From an uncultured Actinomycetota bacterium (lineage in GTDB: Bacteria; Actinomycetota; Actinomycetes; Propionibacteriales; Nocardioidaceae): a stretch of 24,000 bases of DNA. Both the position numbers and the translations under genes were made by a program. The notes beneath the pieces are model-generated. The model saw only the letters and a list, made by a program, of their open reading frames with translations, did no database searches and was not told where the DNA came from. The stretch covers positions 1,456,276 through 1,480,275 of the forward strand of contig CAWENL010000001.1 of the NCBI GenBank assembly GCA_963810435.1. The letters run 5' to 3'. Positions 12,264 to 24,000 of the stretch are shown here, piece after piece (the first letter of the stretch is position 1; every line of letters begins with the position of its first letter).

Positions 12264-13916
12264 ATGACTCGCCAAAGCGTGGCCAAGGCTCACGAGAAGA
12301 TCCAGGAGCTGGCTTGGGAGCCGCTCTACCACGAGCCGGTGTCCCAGTACGGGACGGATTACACCTTCCAGAAGGCGAAGAAGAAGGACCCGCTCAAGCA
12401 GGTCCTGCGCTCGTACTTCCCGATGGAGGAGGAGAAGGACCACCGGGTCTACGGTGCGGCCGACGGGGCCATCCGGGGCAACATGTTCCGGCAGGTCCAG
12501 GAGCGCTGGCTGGAGTGGCAGAAGCTCTTCTTGAGCATCATCCCGCTGCCGGAGATCTCCGCCGCTCGCGCGATGCCGCTGCTGTTCCGCAACGTGCCGA
12601 ACCCCGAGCTGCACAACGGGCAGGCCATCCAGATGATCGACGAGGTGCGGCACTCGACGATCCAGCAGAACCTCAAGCGCCTGTACATGAACAACTACAT
12701 CGACCCGGCGGGGTTCAACAACAGCCTGCGCAACTTCCAGAACGACTACTGCGGCACGATCGGTCGTCAGTTCGCGGAGGGCTTCATCACCGGGGACGCG
12801 ATCACCGCGGCCAGCATCTACCTGACGATCGTGGCCGAGACGGCGTTCACCAACACGCTGTTCGTCGCGATGCCTGCCGAGGCCGCCGCGAACGGTGACT
12901 ACCTGCTGCCGACGGTCTTCCACTCGGTGCAGTCCGACGAGTCGCGTCACATCAGCAACGGCTACGCGACGCTGCTGATGGCTCTCGCCGACGAGGGCAA
13001 CCACCAGCTGCTCGAGCGTGACCTGAGGTACGCCTGGTGGAACAACCACCGGGTCGTCGACGCCGCGATCGGCACCTTTATCGAGTACGGCACCAAGGAC
13101 CGGCGCAAGGACCGGGAGAGCTACGCCGAGATGTGGCGTCGGTGGATCTACGACGACTACTACCGCAGCTACCTGGTGCCTCTCGAGAAGTATGGCCTGG
13201 TGATCCCGCACGACCTGATCGAGGAGTCCTGGAACCAGATCTGGAACAAGGGCTACGTCCACGAGGTCGCGCAGTTCTTCTGCACGGGATGGCTCGCCAA
13301 CTACTGGCGGATGGACCCGATGACCGACAAGGACTTCGAGTGGTTCGAGTACAAGTACCCGGGCTGGTACGACAAGTACGGCGCCTGGTGGGAGAACTAC
13401 GCCCGGCTCTCGGTCCCGAACGGGCACCACCCGATCGTGGCCGAGGACGTCGACTACCAGTATCCGCACCGCTGCTGGACCTGCATGGTGCCGTGCCTGG
13501 TCCGCGAGGACATGGTGATGGCCGAGGTCGACGGGCAGATGCGTACCTACTGCCACGAGGCGTGCCGGTGGACCGACGTGGAGGCCTTCCGGCCGACCTA
13601 CCAGGGTCGCGAGACCCCCAACATGGGTCAGCTGATCGGCAAGCGTGAGTGGGAGACGCTCTACCACGGCTGGAACTGGGCTGATGTCGTCTCGGACATG
13701 GGCTACGTGCGCGACGACGGCCACACGCTCGTGGCGCAGCCGCACCTGGACCTCAACCCGAAGAAGATGTGGAACCTGGACCACCTGCGCAGGATGGGCC
13801 CGCTGCTGAGCCCGAACGTGACGCTGAACGAGATGTCGGCGGACGAGCAGAAGGCGTTCCACGCGAACTACATCAAGGGCGGGCCTGCGGGCCGGCCGGC
13901 GCCGGCGGACGCCTGA
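12264..13916 (+). CDS. prmA: Soluble di-iron monooxygenase hydroxylase alpha (large) subunit, propane/acetone/phenol monooxygenase type (PrmA/MimA-like), 550 aa
   Basis: Both carboxylate-bridged di-iron motifs are present: E...DEVRH (EXXH) and AETAF...SDESRH (EXXH). Start taken at ATG 12264, 7 nt after GAAGGA; the track's TTG 12258 adds 2 residues. Gene order alpha-reductase-beta-coupling matches prmABCD/mimABCD. Confidence 0.93.
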   Translation: MTRQSVAKAHEKIQELAWEPLYHEPVSQYGTDYTFQKAKKKDPLKQVLRSYFPMEEEKDHRVYGAADGAIRGNMFRQVQERWLEWQKLFLSIIPLPEISAARAMPLLFRNVPNPELHNGQAIQMIDEVRHSTIQQNLKRLYMNNYIDPAGFNNSLRNFQNDYCGTIGRQFAEGFITGDAITAASIYLTIVAETAFTNTLFVAMPAEAAANGDYLLPTVFHSVQSDESRHISNGYATLLMALADEGNHQLLERDLRYAWWNNHRVVDAAIGTFIEYGTKDRRKDRESYAEMWRRWIYDDYYRSYLVPLEKYGLVIPHDLIEESWNQIWNKGYVHEVAQFFCTGWLANYWRMDPMTDKDFEWFEYKYPGWYDKYGAWWENYARLSVPNGHHPIVAEDVDYQYPHRCWTCMVPCLVREDMVMAEVDGQMRTYCHEACRWTDVEAFRPTYQGRETPNMGQLIGKREWETLYHGWNWADVVSDMGYVRDDGHTLVAQPHLDLNPKKMWNLDHLRRMGPLLSPNVTLNEMSADEQKAFHANYIKGGPAGRPAPADA

Positions 13917-13949
13917 GCAGCACAACCGCAGCAACCGGAGAACGAGGCT

Positions 13950-13979
13950 GGCGAGGGGCCGGCTGACCGGCCCCTCGCC
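13950..13979 (+). promoter_or_regulatory. Perfect 13-bp stem / 4-nt loop hairpin between prmA and prmB (attenuator or RNA-stability element candidate)
   Basis: GGCGAGGGGCCGG-ctga-CCGGCCCCTCGCC, with 12 G:C pairs and 1 A:T pair. It starts 34 nt after the prmA stop. It is followed by the pyrimidine-rich tccttctccc and has no clean U-tract. Confidence 0.55.
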
Positions 13980-14037
13980 TCCTTCTCCCGGGTGTCAGGC
14001 GGCACGTGAGTCGGTGACCAGCGTCGGGAAGGGCGGC

Positions 14038-15078
14038 ATGGGCGAGAAGCACGTCGTGAGGTTCGAACCCGTCGGCATCGAGATCGATGTCGAGGAGGAG
14101 ACCAACGTCCTGCGAGCCGCTGCGGAGCAGGGCATCACCTTGATGCACGGGTGCAAAGAGGGACAGTGCTCGTCCTGCAAGTCGTTCGTCCTGGACGGGG
14201 AGGAGCCGGAGCTCGACAAGTACTCGACCTTCGCGTTGCCCGACTTCGAGAGGGAGGAGGGCTTCACGCTGCTCTGCCGGGCGCACGTCTACGAGGACAC
14301 GACGATCGAGCTCCTCAACTACGACGAGGAGATGATCCGGTCCGGGCACCCGATCCAGGAAGCGGTCGCGGAGGTGGTTGCCAACGACGCGGTGACGCAC
14401 GACCTGCGCCATCTCGTCCTGAAGCTGGTCGAACCCACGGACATCGAGTACTGGCCCGGCCAGTACGTCGACATCGCGGTCCCGGACACCGAGGAGACCC
14501 GCTCCTTCTCGATGGCCAACACCACCAGCAAGGAGAGCGGTCAGCTCGAGTTCGTCATCAAGATCTACCCCGATGGGCTGTTCTCGAGCTTCCTGGACAG
14601 CAAGGTCCAGGTGGGCGACCGGCTCGACCTGGTCGGGCCGTTCGGAGTCTTCACCCTGCGCGAGCGGGACTCCGACATCGTCTTCGTCGGAGGCGGCGCC
14701 GGGATGGCCCCGATCCTGTGCCTCCTGCGGACCCTTGCCGAGCGGGGCAGCTCGCGGAAGGCGACGTACTACTACGGCGCCCGGGCCAAGCGTGACCTGT
14801 GCTTCGAGGAGGAGCTGCACGGTCTCAGCGAGTCGATGCCGAACTTCCGGTTCGTGCCCGCGCTGTCCGAGCCGGCCGACGACGACGAGTGGGACGGCGA
14901 GGTCGGCATGATCACCGACGTCGTCGAGCGACACGAGAGCGACCTCGCCGAGGTCGACGCCTATGTCTGCGGGCCGCCACCGATGGTCGAGGCGGCCGTC
15001 GATCTGCTCGGCGGGCTCGGAGCGTCCAAGAAGACCATCTACTTCGACAAGTTCACCACCACCGGGGAACCCACATGA
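14038..15078 (+). CDS. prmB: Monooxygenase NADH:oxidoreductase component (plant-type 2Fe-2S ferredoxin + FNR-like FAD/NAD domain), 346 aa
   Basis: 2Fe-2S motif C-x4-C-x2-C...C (GCKEGQCSSCK...LLC). Flavin motif RSFSMAN. NAD(P) motif VGGGAGMAPI. C-terminal YVCGPPPMV. Start at ATG 14038 after GGGAAGGG; the track start GTG 14014 is possible but has no ribosome-binding site. Confidence 0.9.
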   Translation: MGEKHVVRFEPVGIEIDVEEETNVLRAAAEQGITLMHGCKEGQCSSCKSFVLDGEEPELDKYSTFALPDFEREEGFTLLCRAHVYEDTTIELLNYDEEMIRSGHPIQEAVAEVVANDAVTHDLRHLVLKLVEPTDIEYWPGQYVDIAVPDTEETRSFSMANTTSKESGQLEFVIKIYPDGLFSSFLDSKVQVGDRLDLVGPFGVFTLRERDSDIVFVGGGAGMAPILCLLRTLAERGSSRKATYYYGARAKRDLCFEEELHGLSESMPNFRFVPALSEPADDDEWDGEVGMITDVVERHESDLAEVDAYVCGPPPMVEAAVDLLGGLGASKKTIYFDKFTTTGEPT

Positions 15079-15102
15079 GCACGAGAGCGAGGCGGATCTG
15101 AG

Positions 15103-16305
15103 ATGACGACGACCCACGAGGTCACGGACGAGACCACGGAGGAGACCGTGGAACGCAGCGTTCCGAAGCCGGTGTTCACCGACGCCGAGGCCGGCGCCCG
15201 GGAGTTCCCGGACTCCACCGCCCGGGTCCACAACTACTTCACCCCGAAGAAGCGGAAGGCCTCCCACTACGAGGACGTCACCGTCGAGGTCCAGCCCGAC
15301 CCCCGGCACTACCTGGCCCAGGGCTGGCTGTACGGCTTCTCCGACGGCCGCGGCGGATATCCCCTGGACTGGACGGCTCTCAAGGCCTGGGGTGTCGACC
15401 GGGGCGACCCGGAGCGCTACCCCGGCTCAGGGGGGAAGGGCTACGACTGGCCCGCGCACGGGTGGCACGAGTTCCGCGACCCCAACGAGGAGTGGGAGCT
15501 CACGATCTACCGCTACAACGCCAACGTGGTGCGGCAGATCAACCAGAACGTCGAGACTGCCCGACAGTCCAAGGCGTTCGACCAGTGGAACCCCAACTGG
15601 GTCACGTTCGTCGAGCGCAACGTCGGGGCCTGGATGCATGTCGAGCACGGCCTGGGGCTCTACCTCTTCGCGAACGCGCAGCGGCGCGCCCCCACGAACA
15701 TGCACAACAACGCGATCTCGGTGAACAGCATGCACAAGCTGCGCTTCGCCCAGGACCTGGCGCTCTACAACCTGACCCTGAGCGAGGAGATCGAGGACTT
15801 CGACGGCGCCGCGCACGTGGCCACCTGGAACGAGGACACCAGCTGGCAGGGGGTCCGCAAGGTCGCCGAGCAGCTGACCGGGATCGACGACTGGGGTGAG
15901 GCGATCTTCGCGGCCAACCTGGTCTTCGAGCCACTGGTCGGCGAGCTGTTCCGCAGCAACCTCGTGCAGCAGGCCTCACCGGGCAACGGCGACTACGTCA
16001 CGCCGACCGTGGTCGGCGCCGGTGAGCTGGACTACGCCACCCGCGACCTGCGGTACACCAAGGCGATGTTCGAGCTGCTGGTCAACGACAAGGAGTTCGC
16101 CGAGCACAACGTGAGCCTGATGGACCAGTGGCTCTCGGTGTGGGTCCCGCGATGCATCACCGCGGCGCGGGAGCTCCAGCCGCTGTGGTCCCAGCCCGAC
16201 TCGAAGCCGCCGCGGTTCGAGGACGGTCTGGACCGTGCGAAGAGCCGCTTCAGCGGCCTGCTGTCCGAGCTGAACCTGAACGAGCCGAAGGAGCTGGCCC
16301 AGTGA
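15103..16305 (+). CDS. prmC: Soluble di-iron monooxygenase hydroxylase beta (small) subunit, 400 aa
   Basis: Position and size fit the third gene of prmABCD/mimABCD. All-helical ferritin-like composition without the di-iron EXXH pairs. GTGA overlap with the next gene. Confidence 0.85.
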   Translation: MTTTHEVTDETTEETVERSVPKPVFTDAEAGAREFPDSTARVHNYFTPKKRKASHYEDVTVEVQPDPRHYLAQGWLYGFSDGRGGYPLDWTALKAWGVDRGDPERYPGSGGKGYDWPAHGWHEFRDPNEEWELTIYRYNANVVRQINQNVETARQSKAFDQWNPNWVTFVERNVGAWMHVEHGLGLYLFANAQRRAPTNMHNNAISVNSMHKLRFAQDLALYNLTLSEEIEDFDGAAHVATWNEDTSWQGVRKVAEQLTGIDDWGEAIFAANLVFEPLVGELFRSNLVQQASPGNGDYVTPTVVGAGELDYATRDLRYTKAMFELLVNDKEFAEHNVSLMDQWLSVWVPRCITAARELQPLWSQPDSKPPRFEDGLDRAKSRFSGLLSELNLNEPKELAQ

Positions 16306-16703
16306 GCGCCTACAAGTCGACCTCGACGTCCTACAAGACCACCGAGAGCGCCTACAAGTCGGACAACACCGCCTCGAACAAGTGCGGCTTCACCCTGATG
16401 AACAACCAGGTCGGGGTCGTCGTGGCGGAGGTGATGAGCCAGGCGACGGGGGTGAAGGTGACGCACCTTCCGTCGATGATCCGGGTCGACGCCGAGAACA
16501 AGTGCGAGGTCGTCTACGACGACGTCTCCGAGGCGCTGGGGGAGGAGGAAGGCTTCTTCAACGCCGCCGAGTTCGAGGAGAACATGTCGACGCACTACGG
16601 CCGGATGATCCACCAGGACGACCGCACGATCATGTTCGCCAACCCCGAGGACGCCGCCGAGTACATCGGCTTCGACCTGACGGACCTCCAGAAGTCGAGC
16701 TGA
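16302..16703 (+). CDS. prmD: Monooxygenase coupling/effector protein (MmoB/DmpM family) with an unusual Ser/Thr/Tyr/Lys N-terminal tail
   Basis: The core from about [18 protein letters not shown] to EYIGFDL fits small cofactor-less effector proteins. GTG 16302 overlaps the prmC stop (GTGA). An alternative internal start is ATG 16398 (MNNQVG). Confidence 0.8.
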   Translation: MSAYKSTSTSYKTTESAYKSDNTASNKCGFTLMNNQVGVVVAEVMSQATGVKVTHLPSMIRVDAENKCEVVYDDVSEALGEEEGFFNAAEFEENMSTHYGRMIHQDDRTIMFANPEDAAEYIGFDLTDLQKSS

Positions 16704-16739
16704 CCACCTGTCCGAGCCGGAACCCCCGAGGGAGCACAC

Positions 16740-17779
16740 GTGTACGAGAAGGACGGCAACAAGTACTTCATCGTTGACAGCCACATGCACTACTGGGACG
16801 CGAGTCCCGAGAACTGGGTCAGCGGTCACGAGAACTACGCCAAGGGCTGGATCGAGTGCTTCCACGCCTACCAAGGGCTCGGACCGCCCGAGACGCACTG
16901 GACGATCGAGCACTTCCAGAAGTACTCCGAGCAGGACCTGATGAAGGACGTCTTCGAGGACGGGTACGTCGACGTCGCGGTGTTCCAGCCCACCTACCTC
17001 AAGGAGTGGTACACCGAGGGGTTCAACACCACCGAGCGCAACGGCGCACTGTCGAAGAAGCACCCGGGCAAGTTCGTCGTGAACACCCGCTTCGACCCGC
17101 GCGAGGGGGCGGCCGGGCTCGAGGAGCTGGAGAAGAACGTCGAGCAGTGGGGGGCCACGGGCGTCAAGCTCTACACCGCCGAGTGGCGGGGCGACTCACG
17201 CGGCTGGACCCTGAAGGACCCGGAGGCCTACACCTACCTCGCGAAGGCGCAGGAGCTGGGCGTCAAGAACATCCACGTCCACAAGGGGCCGACCATCTGG
17301 CCACTGGACAAGGACGCCTTCGACGTCAGCGACGTCGACCACGCCGCCACCGACTTCCCGGAGCTGAACTTCATCGTCGAGCACGTGGGACTTCCCCGCA
17401 TCGAGGACTTCTGCTTCATGGCGACCCAGGAGCCCAACGTGTACGCCGGACTGTCGGTGGTGATCGGGGGGCTGATGTACGCCCGGCCGAAGTTCTTCGC
17501 GAAGGTGATGGGCGAGCTGCTGTTCTGGGTCGGCGAGGACAAGATGACGTTCGGGAGCGACTACGGCATCTGGGAGCCGAAGTGGCAGATCGAGGGCTTC
17601 GTGGACTGGGACTACCCGGGCGAGGAGTTCTCCGACTACCCGCGCGTCGACGTCAACACCAAGAAGAAGATCCTCGGGCTGAACGCGGCGAAGCTGTACG
17701 ACATCGAGGTCCCGCCCGAGTACCGGATCGCCACCGACGAGGAGGCGCCGGCCTCGAAGGACGACGCGGTGCTGGTGGA

Positions 17780-17783
<4 letters not shown>
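16740..17783 (+). CDS. Amidohydrolase-2-type metal-dependent hydrolase (TIM barrel), 347 aa
   Basis: HxH metal motif near the N-terminus (VDSHMHYWD). Later HVH/EH blocks (NIHVHKGP, IVEHVG) and FGSDYG. GAGGGAG ribosome-binding site 5 nt before GTG 16740. A gene of this type follows prmD/mimD in described actinobacterial clusters, as far as I recall. Confidence 0.85.
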
Positions 17784-21883
<4,100 letters not shown>

Positions 21884-21891
21884 GAGCAGGG

Positions 21892-23133
21892 GTGCACCGA
21901 CAGCGCAAGGGCCTCGCCGCCGTCGCCCTGGTGCGAGGGCCGCTGCCGCTGCTCGGTCCGGCGTTCGTCGCGGCGGTCGCCTACATCGACCCCGGCAACT
22001 TCGCCACCAACATCACCGCGGGGTCGAGCTTCGGGTACCTGCTCGTGTGGGTGGTGGTGGTCAGCAACCTGATGGCGATGCTGATCCAGTACCTCTCTGC
22101 GAAGGCCGGCATCGCCACCGGCCGGAACCTGCCCGAGCTGTGCCGGACCCACTTCCCGCCGGTGGTCACGCGGGGGCTGTGGGTCCAGGCCGAGATCGTG
22201 GCGATGGCGACCGACCTCGCCGAGGTGCTGGGCGGGGCGATCGCGCTGAAGCTGCTGTTCGGCCTGCCGCTGCTGACCGGTGGCGTGATCACCGCGGTGG
22301 TCGCCTTCGGGCTGCTCGCCCTGCAGACCCGAGGCGCGCGTCCGTTCGAGGTGGCGATCACCGGGATGCTGCTGGTGGTGCTGGTCGGCTTCCTCTACAG
22401 CCTGGTCGCGGGCGGGGTGGACGCCCGGGGGGTCGTCGGTGGCCTGACCCCGCGCTTCGGCGGGACGGACACCGTGCTGCTGGCCACCGGGATGCTGGGC
22501 GCGACGATCATGCCGCACGTGATCTACCTGCACGGAGCGCTCACCCAGAACCGCTTCCTGCGGACCACCGAGGAGCAGCGCCTGGGTCTGCTGCGCAGCC
22601 AGCGGGTCGACGTGATGCTGGCGATGGCGATCGCCGGCGTGGTGAACCTGGCGATGCTGGTGGTCGCCGCGCAGGTGCTGTCCGGAGGCAGCACCCCGGT
22701 GGAGACGATCGAGGCCGCGCACGCGGGCCTGCAGGTCAGCCTGGGACCCACTGCCGCCCTGCTGTTCGCGCTGGCGCTGCTCGCCTCCGGGTTCGCCGCC
22801 TCCGGGGTGGGGACGCTGTCCGGTCAGGTGGTGATGCAGGGCTTCCTGCGCCGGCGGATCCCGCTCGTGCTGCGCCGGCTGGTCACGCTGGCGCCCGCGC
22901 TGGCCGTGATCGCCGCCGGGGCGGACCCGACCCGGGCGCTGGTGGTCTCCCAGGTGCTGCTCTCCTTCGGCATCCCGTTCGCCCTGGTCCCGCTGGTGCT
23001 GTTCACGCGGCGCCGAGACGTGATGGGCGCGCTGGTCAACAAGCGGCTCACCACGTTGGCGGCGACCCTGGTCGCCGCCGTGATCACCGTGCTCAACGTG
23101 ACCCTGATCGCCCTCACCCTCACCGGCACCTGA
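21892..23133 (+). CDS. mntH: Nramp-family divalent metal (Mn2+/Fe2+):H+ symporter, 413 aa
   Basis: Signature metal-site motifs AYIDPGNFATN (DPGN) and ATIMPHVIYLH (MPH). About 11 hydrophobic segments. GTG 21892 with AGGAGC 4 nt upstream, only 8 nt after the preceding stop. Confidence 0.9.
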   Translation: MHRQRKGLAAVALVRGPLPLLGPAFVAAVAYIDPGNFATNITAGSSFGYLLVWVVVVSNLMAMLIQYLSAKAGIATGRNLPELCRTHFPPVVTRGLWVQAEIVAMATDLAEVLGGAIALKLLFGLPLLTGGVITAVVAFGLLALQTRGARPFEVAITGMLLVVLVGFLYSLVAGGVDARGVVGGLTPRFGGTDTVLLATGMLGATIMPHVIYLHGALTQNRFLRTTEEQRLGLLRSQRVDVMLAMAIAGVVNLAMLVVAAQVLSGGSTPVETIEAAHAGLQVSLGPTAALLFALALLASGFAASGVGTLSGQVVMQGFLRRRIPLVLRRLVTLAPALAVIAAGADPTRALVVSQVLLSFGIPFALVPLVLFTRRRDVMGALVNKRLTTLAATLVAAVITVLNVTLIALTLTGT

Positions 23134-23163
23134 CCGGTTTCCCATGGGATCGGGGGAAACCGG
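23134..23163. terminator. Stem-loop between convergent mntH and ybaK (10-bp stem CCGGTTTCCC/GGGAAACCGG, 10-nt loop)
   Basis: It starts 1 nt after the mntH stop. The arms are perfect. There is no U-tract, which is common for actinobacterial terminators. It could act in both directions. Confidence 0.5.
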
Positions 23164-23224
23164 CACCTCCCACGCCCAATTCCGCCGGAGCGGTGGAGGA
23201 GTCTCGTGGTGAGTCGTCCATGCC

Positions 23225-23719
23225 TCAGCGAGCTCGACCGATCGTCGCGACCGTGGCCCGGGTCAGCCGGACCAGGTCGCCCGGAGCGAGCCCGACGTCG
23301 AGACCGCGTCGACCTCCCGAGACGTAGACGGTCTCGAGCCCCAGGACGGTCGCATCGACCACGGTGACGTGCTGCCGGCGCTGCCCGAGCGGCGAGATGC
23401 CGCCTACGACGTACCCGGTGGCGCGCTCCGCCTCGGACGGGTCGGCCATCGTCGCCCGCTTGCCACCGACGGCCGCCGCGACCGCCTTGAGGTCCAGCCG
23501 TCCCTCGACCGGCACCACCCCGACGACCAGCCGCCCGTCGACGGAGACCATCAGCGTCTTGAGCACCTGGCGTGGGTCGAGCCCCAGCTGCTCGGCGGCC
23601 TCCACGCCGTACGACGCAGCCGCAGGGTCGTGGTCGTAGGCGTGCTCGGTGAACGGCACCCCGGCCTCGCTCAGCGCGACCGTCGCCGGCGTCGCGCCGG
23701 CGCTCCTGCGCCGAGCCAC
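23225..23719 (-). CDS. ybaK: YbaK/EbsC-type Cys-tRNA(Pro)/Cys-tRNA(Cys) deacylase, 164 aa
   Basis: ATPATVALSEAGVPFTEHAYDHD, QVLKTLMV, and GYVVGGISPLGQ...VYVSGGRRGLDV are typical YbaK-family blocks. GTG start at 23719. Confidence 0.85.
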   Translation of the reverse strand: MARRRSAGATPATVALSEAGVPFTEHAYDHDPAAASYGVEAAEQLGLDPRQVLKTLMVSVDGRLVVGVVPVEGRLDLKAVAAAVGGKRATMADPSEAERATGYVVGGISPLGQRRQHVTVVDATVLGLETVYVSGGRRGLDVGLAPGDLVRLTRATVATIGRAR

Positions 23720-23722
23720 GTG

Positions 23723-24000
23723 TCAGACCTCGACGGGGGAGAACTCGAGCATCGCGCGCCAGCCACCGTCGCCGCGCGCCCAGGCCCAGAGCAGGCCCTC
23801 GACCAGGGAGCCGTCCCCGATGCGCGCGGCGAAGTGCCCGTCGTGCTCGCGGTGCTCCACCGCCCAGGACCCGTCGTCGTCGCGGAACGTCTGGACGAAC
23901 GACGCGTCGTCGCGCGAGAGGTTCACCCAGTGGTAGCGGCCCTCGCGGACGTGCGTCATCACCTCGGTGAGGACCGCCCGGGTGAGGAAGGGCAGCTGCG
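23723..24000 (-). CDS. Hypothetical protein, 5' end probably outside the window
   Basis: The frame stays open from the window edge (..QLPFLTRAVLTEVMTHVREGRYHW...). Its stop lies 3 nt upstream of the ybaK start, and GC3 bias is present. No family recognised. GTG/ATG at 23962/23959 are possible internal starts. Confidence 0.4.
   Translation of the reverse strand, partial: QLPFLTRAVLTEVMTHVREGRYHWVNLSRDDASFVQTFRDDDGSWAVEHREHDGHFAARIGDGSLVEGLLWAWARGDGGWRAMLEFSPVEV

Noticed and set aside
23201-23215. GTCTCG-tgg-TGAGTC, a 10/12 match to the GTCTCA-N3-TGAGAC palindrome, located between mntH and ybaK
   Set aside because: It has two arm mismatches that also break its own symmetry. By rough estimate, about one 10/12 match is expected by chance in a window this size. 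It is not upstream of any gene start.

Overview
High-GC (roughly 70%) actinobacterial-type chromosomal segment. It is densely coding, and I saw no rRNA, tRNA, CRISPR array, transposase or integrase. There are three blocks. (1) 1-6229, + strand: the tail of a glycine-betaine-type ABC importer (permease and binding protein), then an FAD/GcvT-fusion dimethylglycine/sarcosine-dehydrogenase-like enzyme and etfB-etfA. This looks like a betaine/methylglycine catabolic module. (2) 6256-9733: a small membrane ORF, a secreted Gly-rich nonapeptide-repeat, tail-fibre-like protein (- strand), an aldo/keto reductase and a 71-aa membrane ORF. (3) 9750-23133: an AcoR/MimR-like regulator (GAF + degenerate AAA+ + Fis HTH, - strand), a divergent 82-aa ORF, and a tightly packed 10-gene + strand operon. 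The operon encodes a soluble di-iron monooxygenase of the propane/acetone/phenol type (prmABCD/mimABCD order: alpha, reductase, beta, coupling protein), an amidohydrolase, a DUF59-like protein, a Zn alcohol dehydrogenase, an orphan GroEL, an unknown 209-aa protein and an Nramp (MntH) transporter. The window ends with ybaK and a partial ORF on the - strand. The monooxygenase core is a known system. The signals that known annotation does not explain are these: a perfect 15-bp palindrome (GTCTCA-N3-TGAGAC) present three times, only in the intergenic regions around the regulator; the palindrome-flanked small ORF; a 13-bp perfect intercistronic hairpin between prmA and prmB; the unknown protein plus Nramp appended to the operon; and the secreted repeat protein. 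Most long ORFs in the track that run antisense to these genes are high-GC artefacts.
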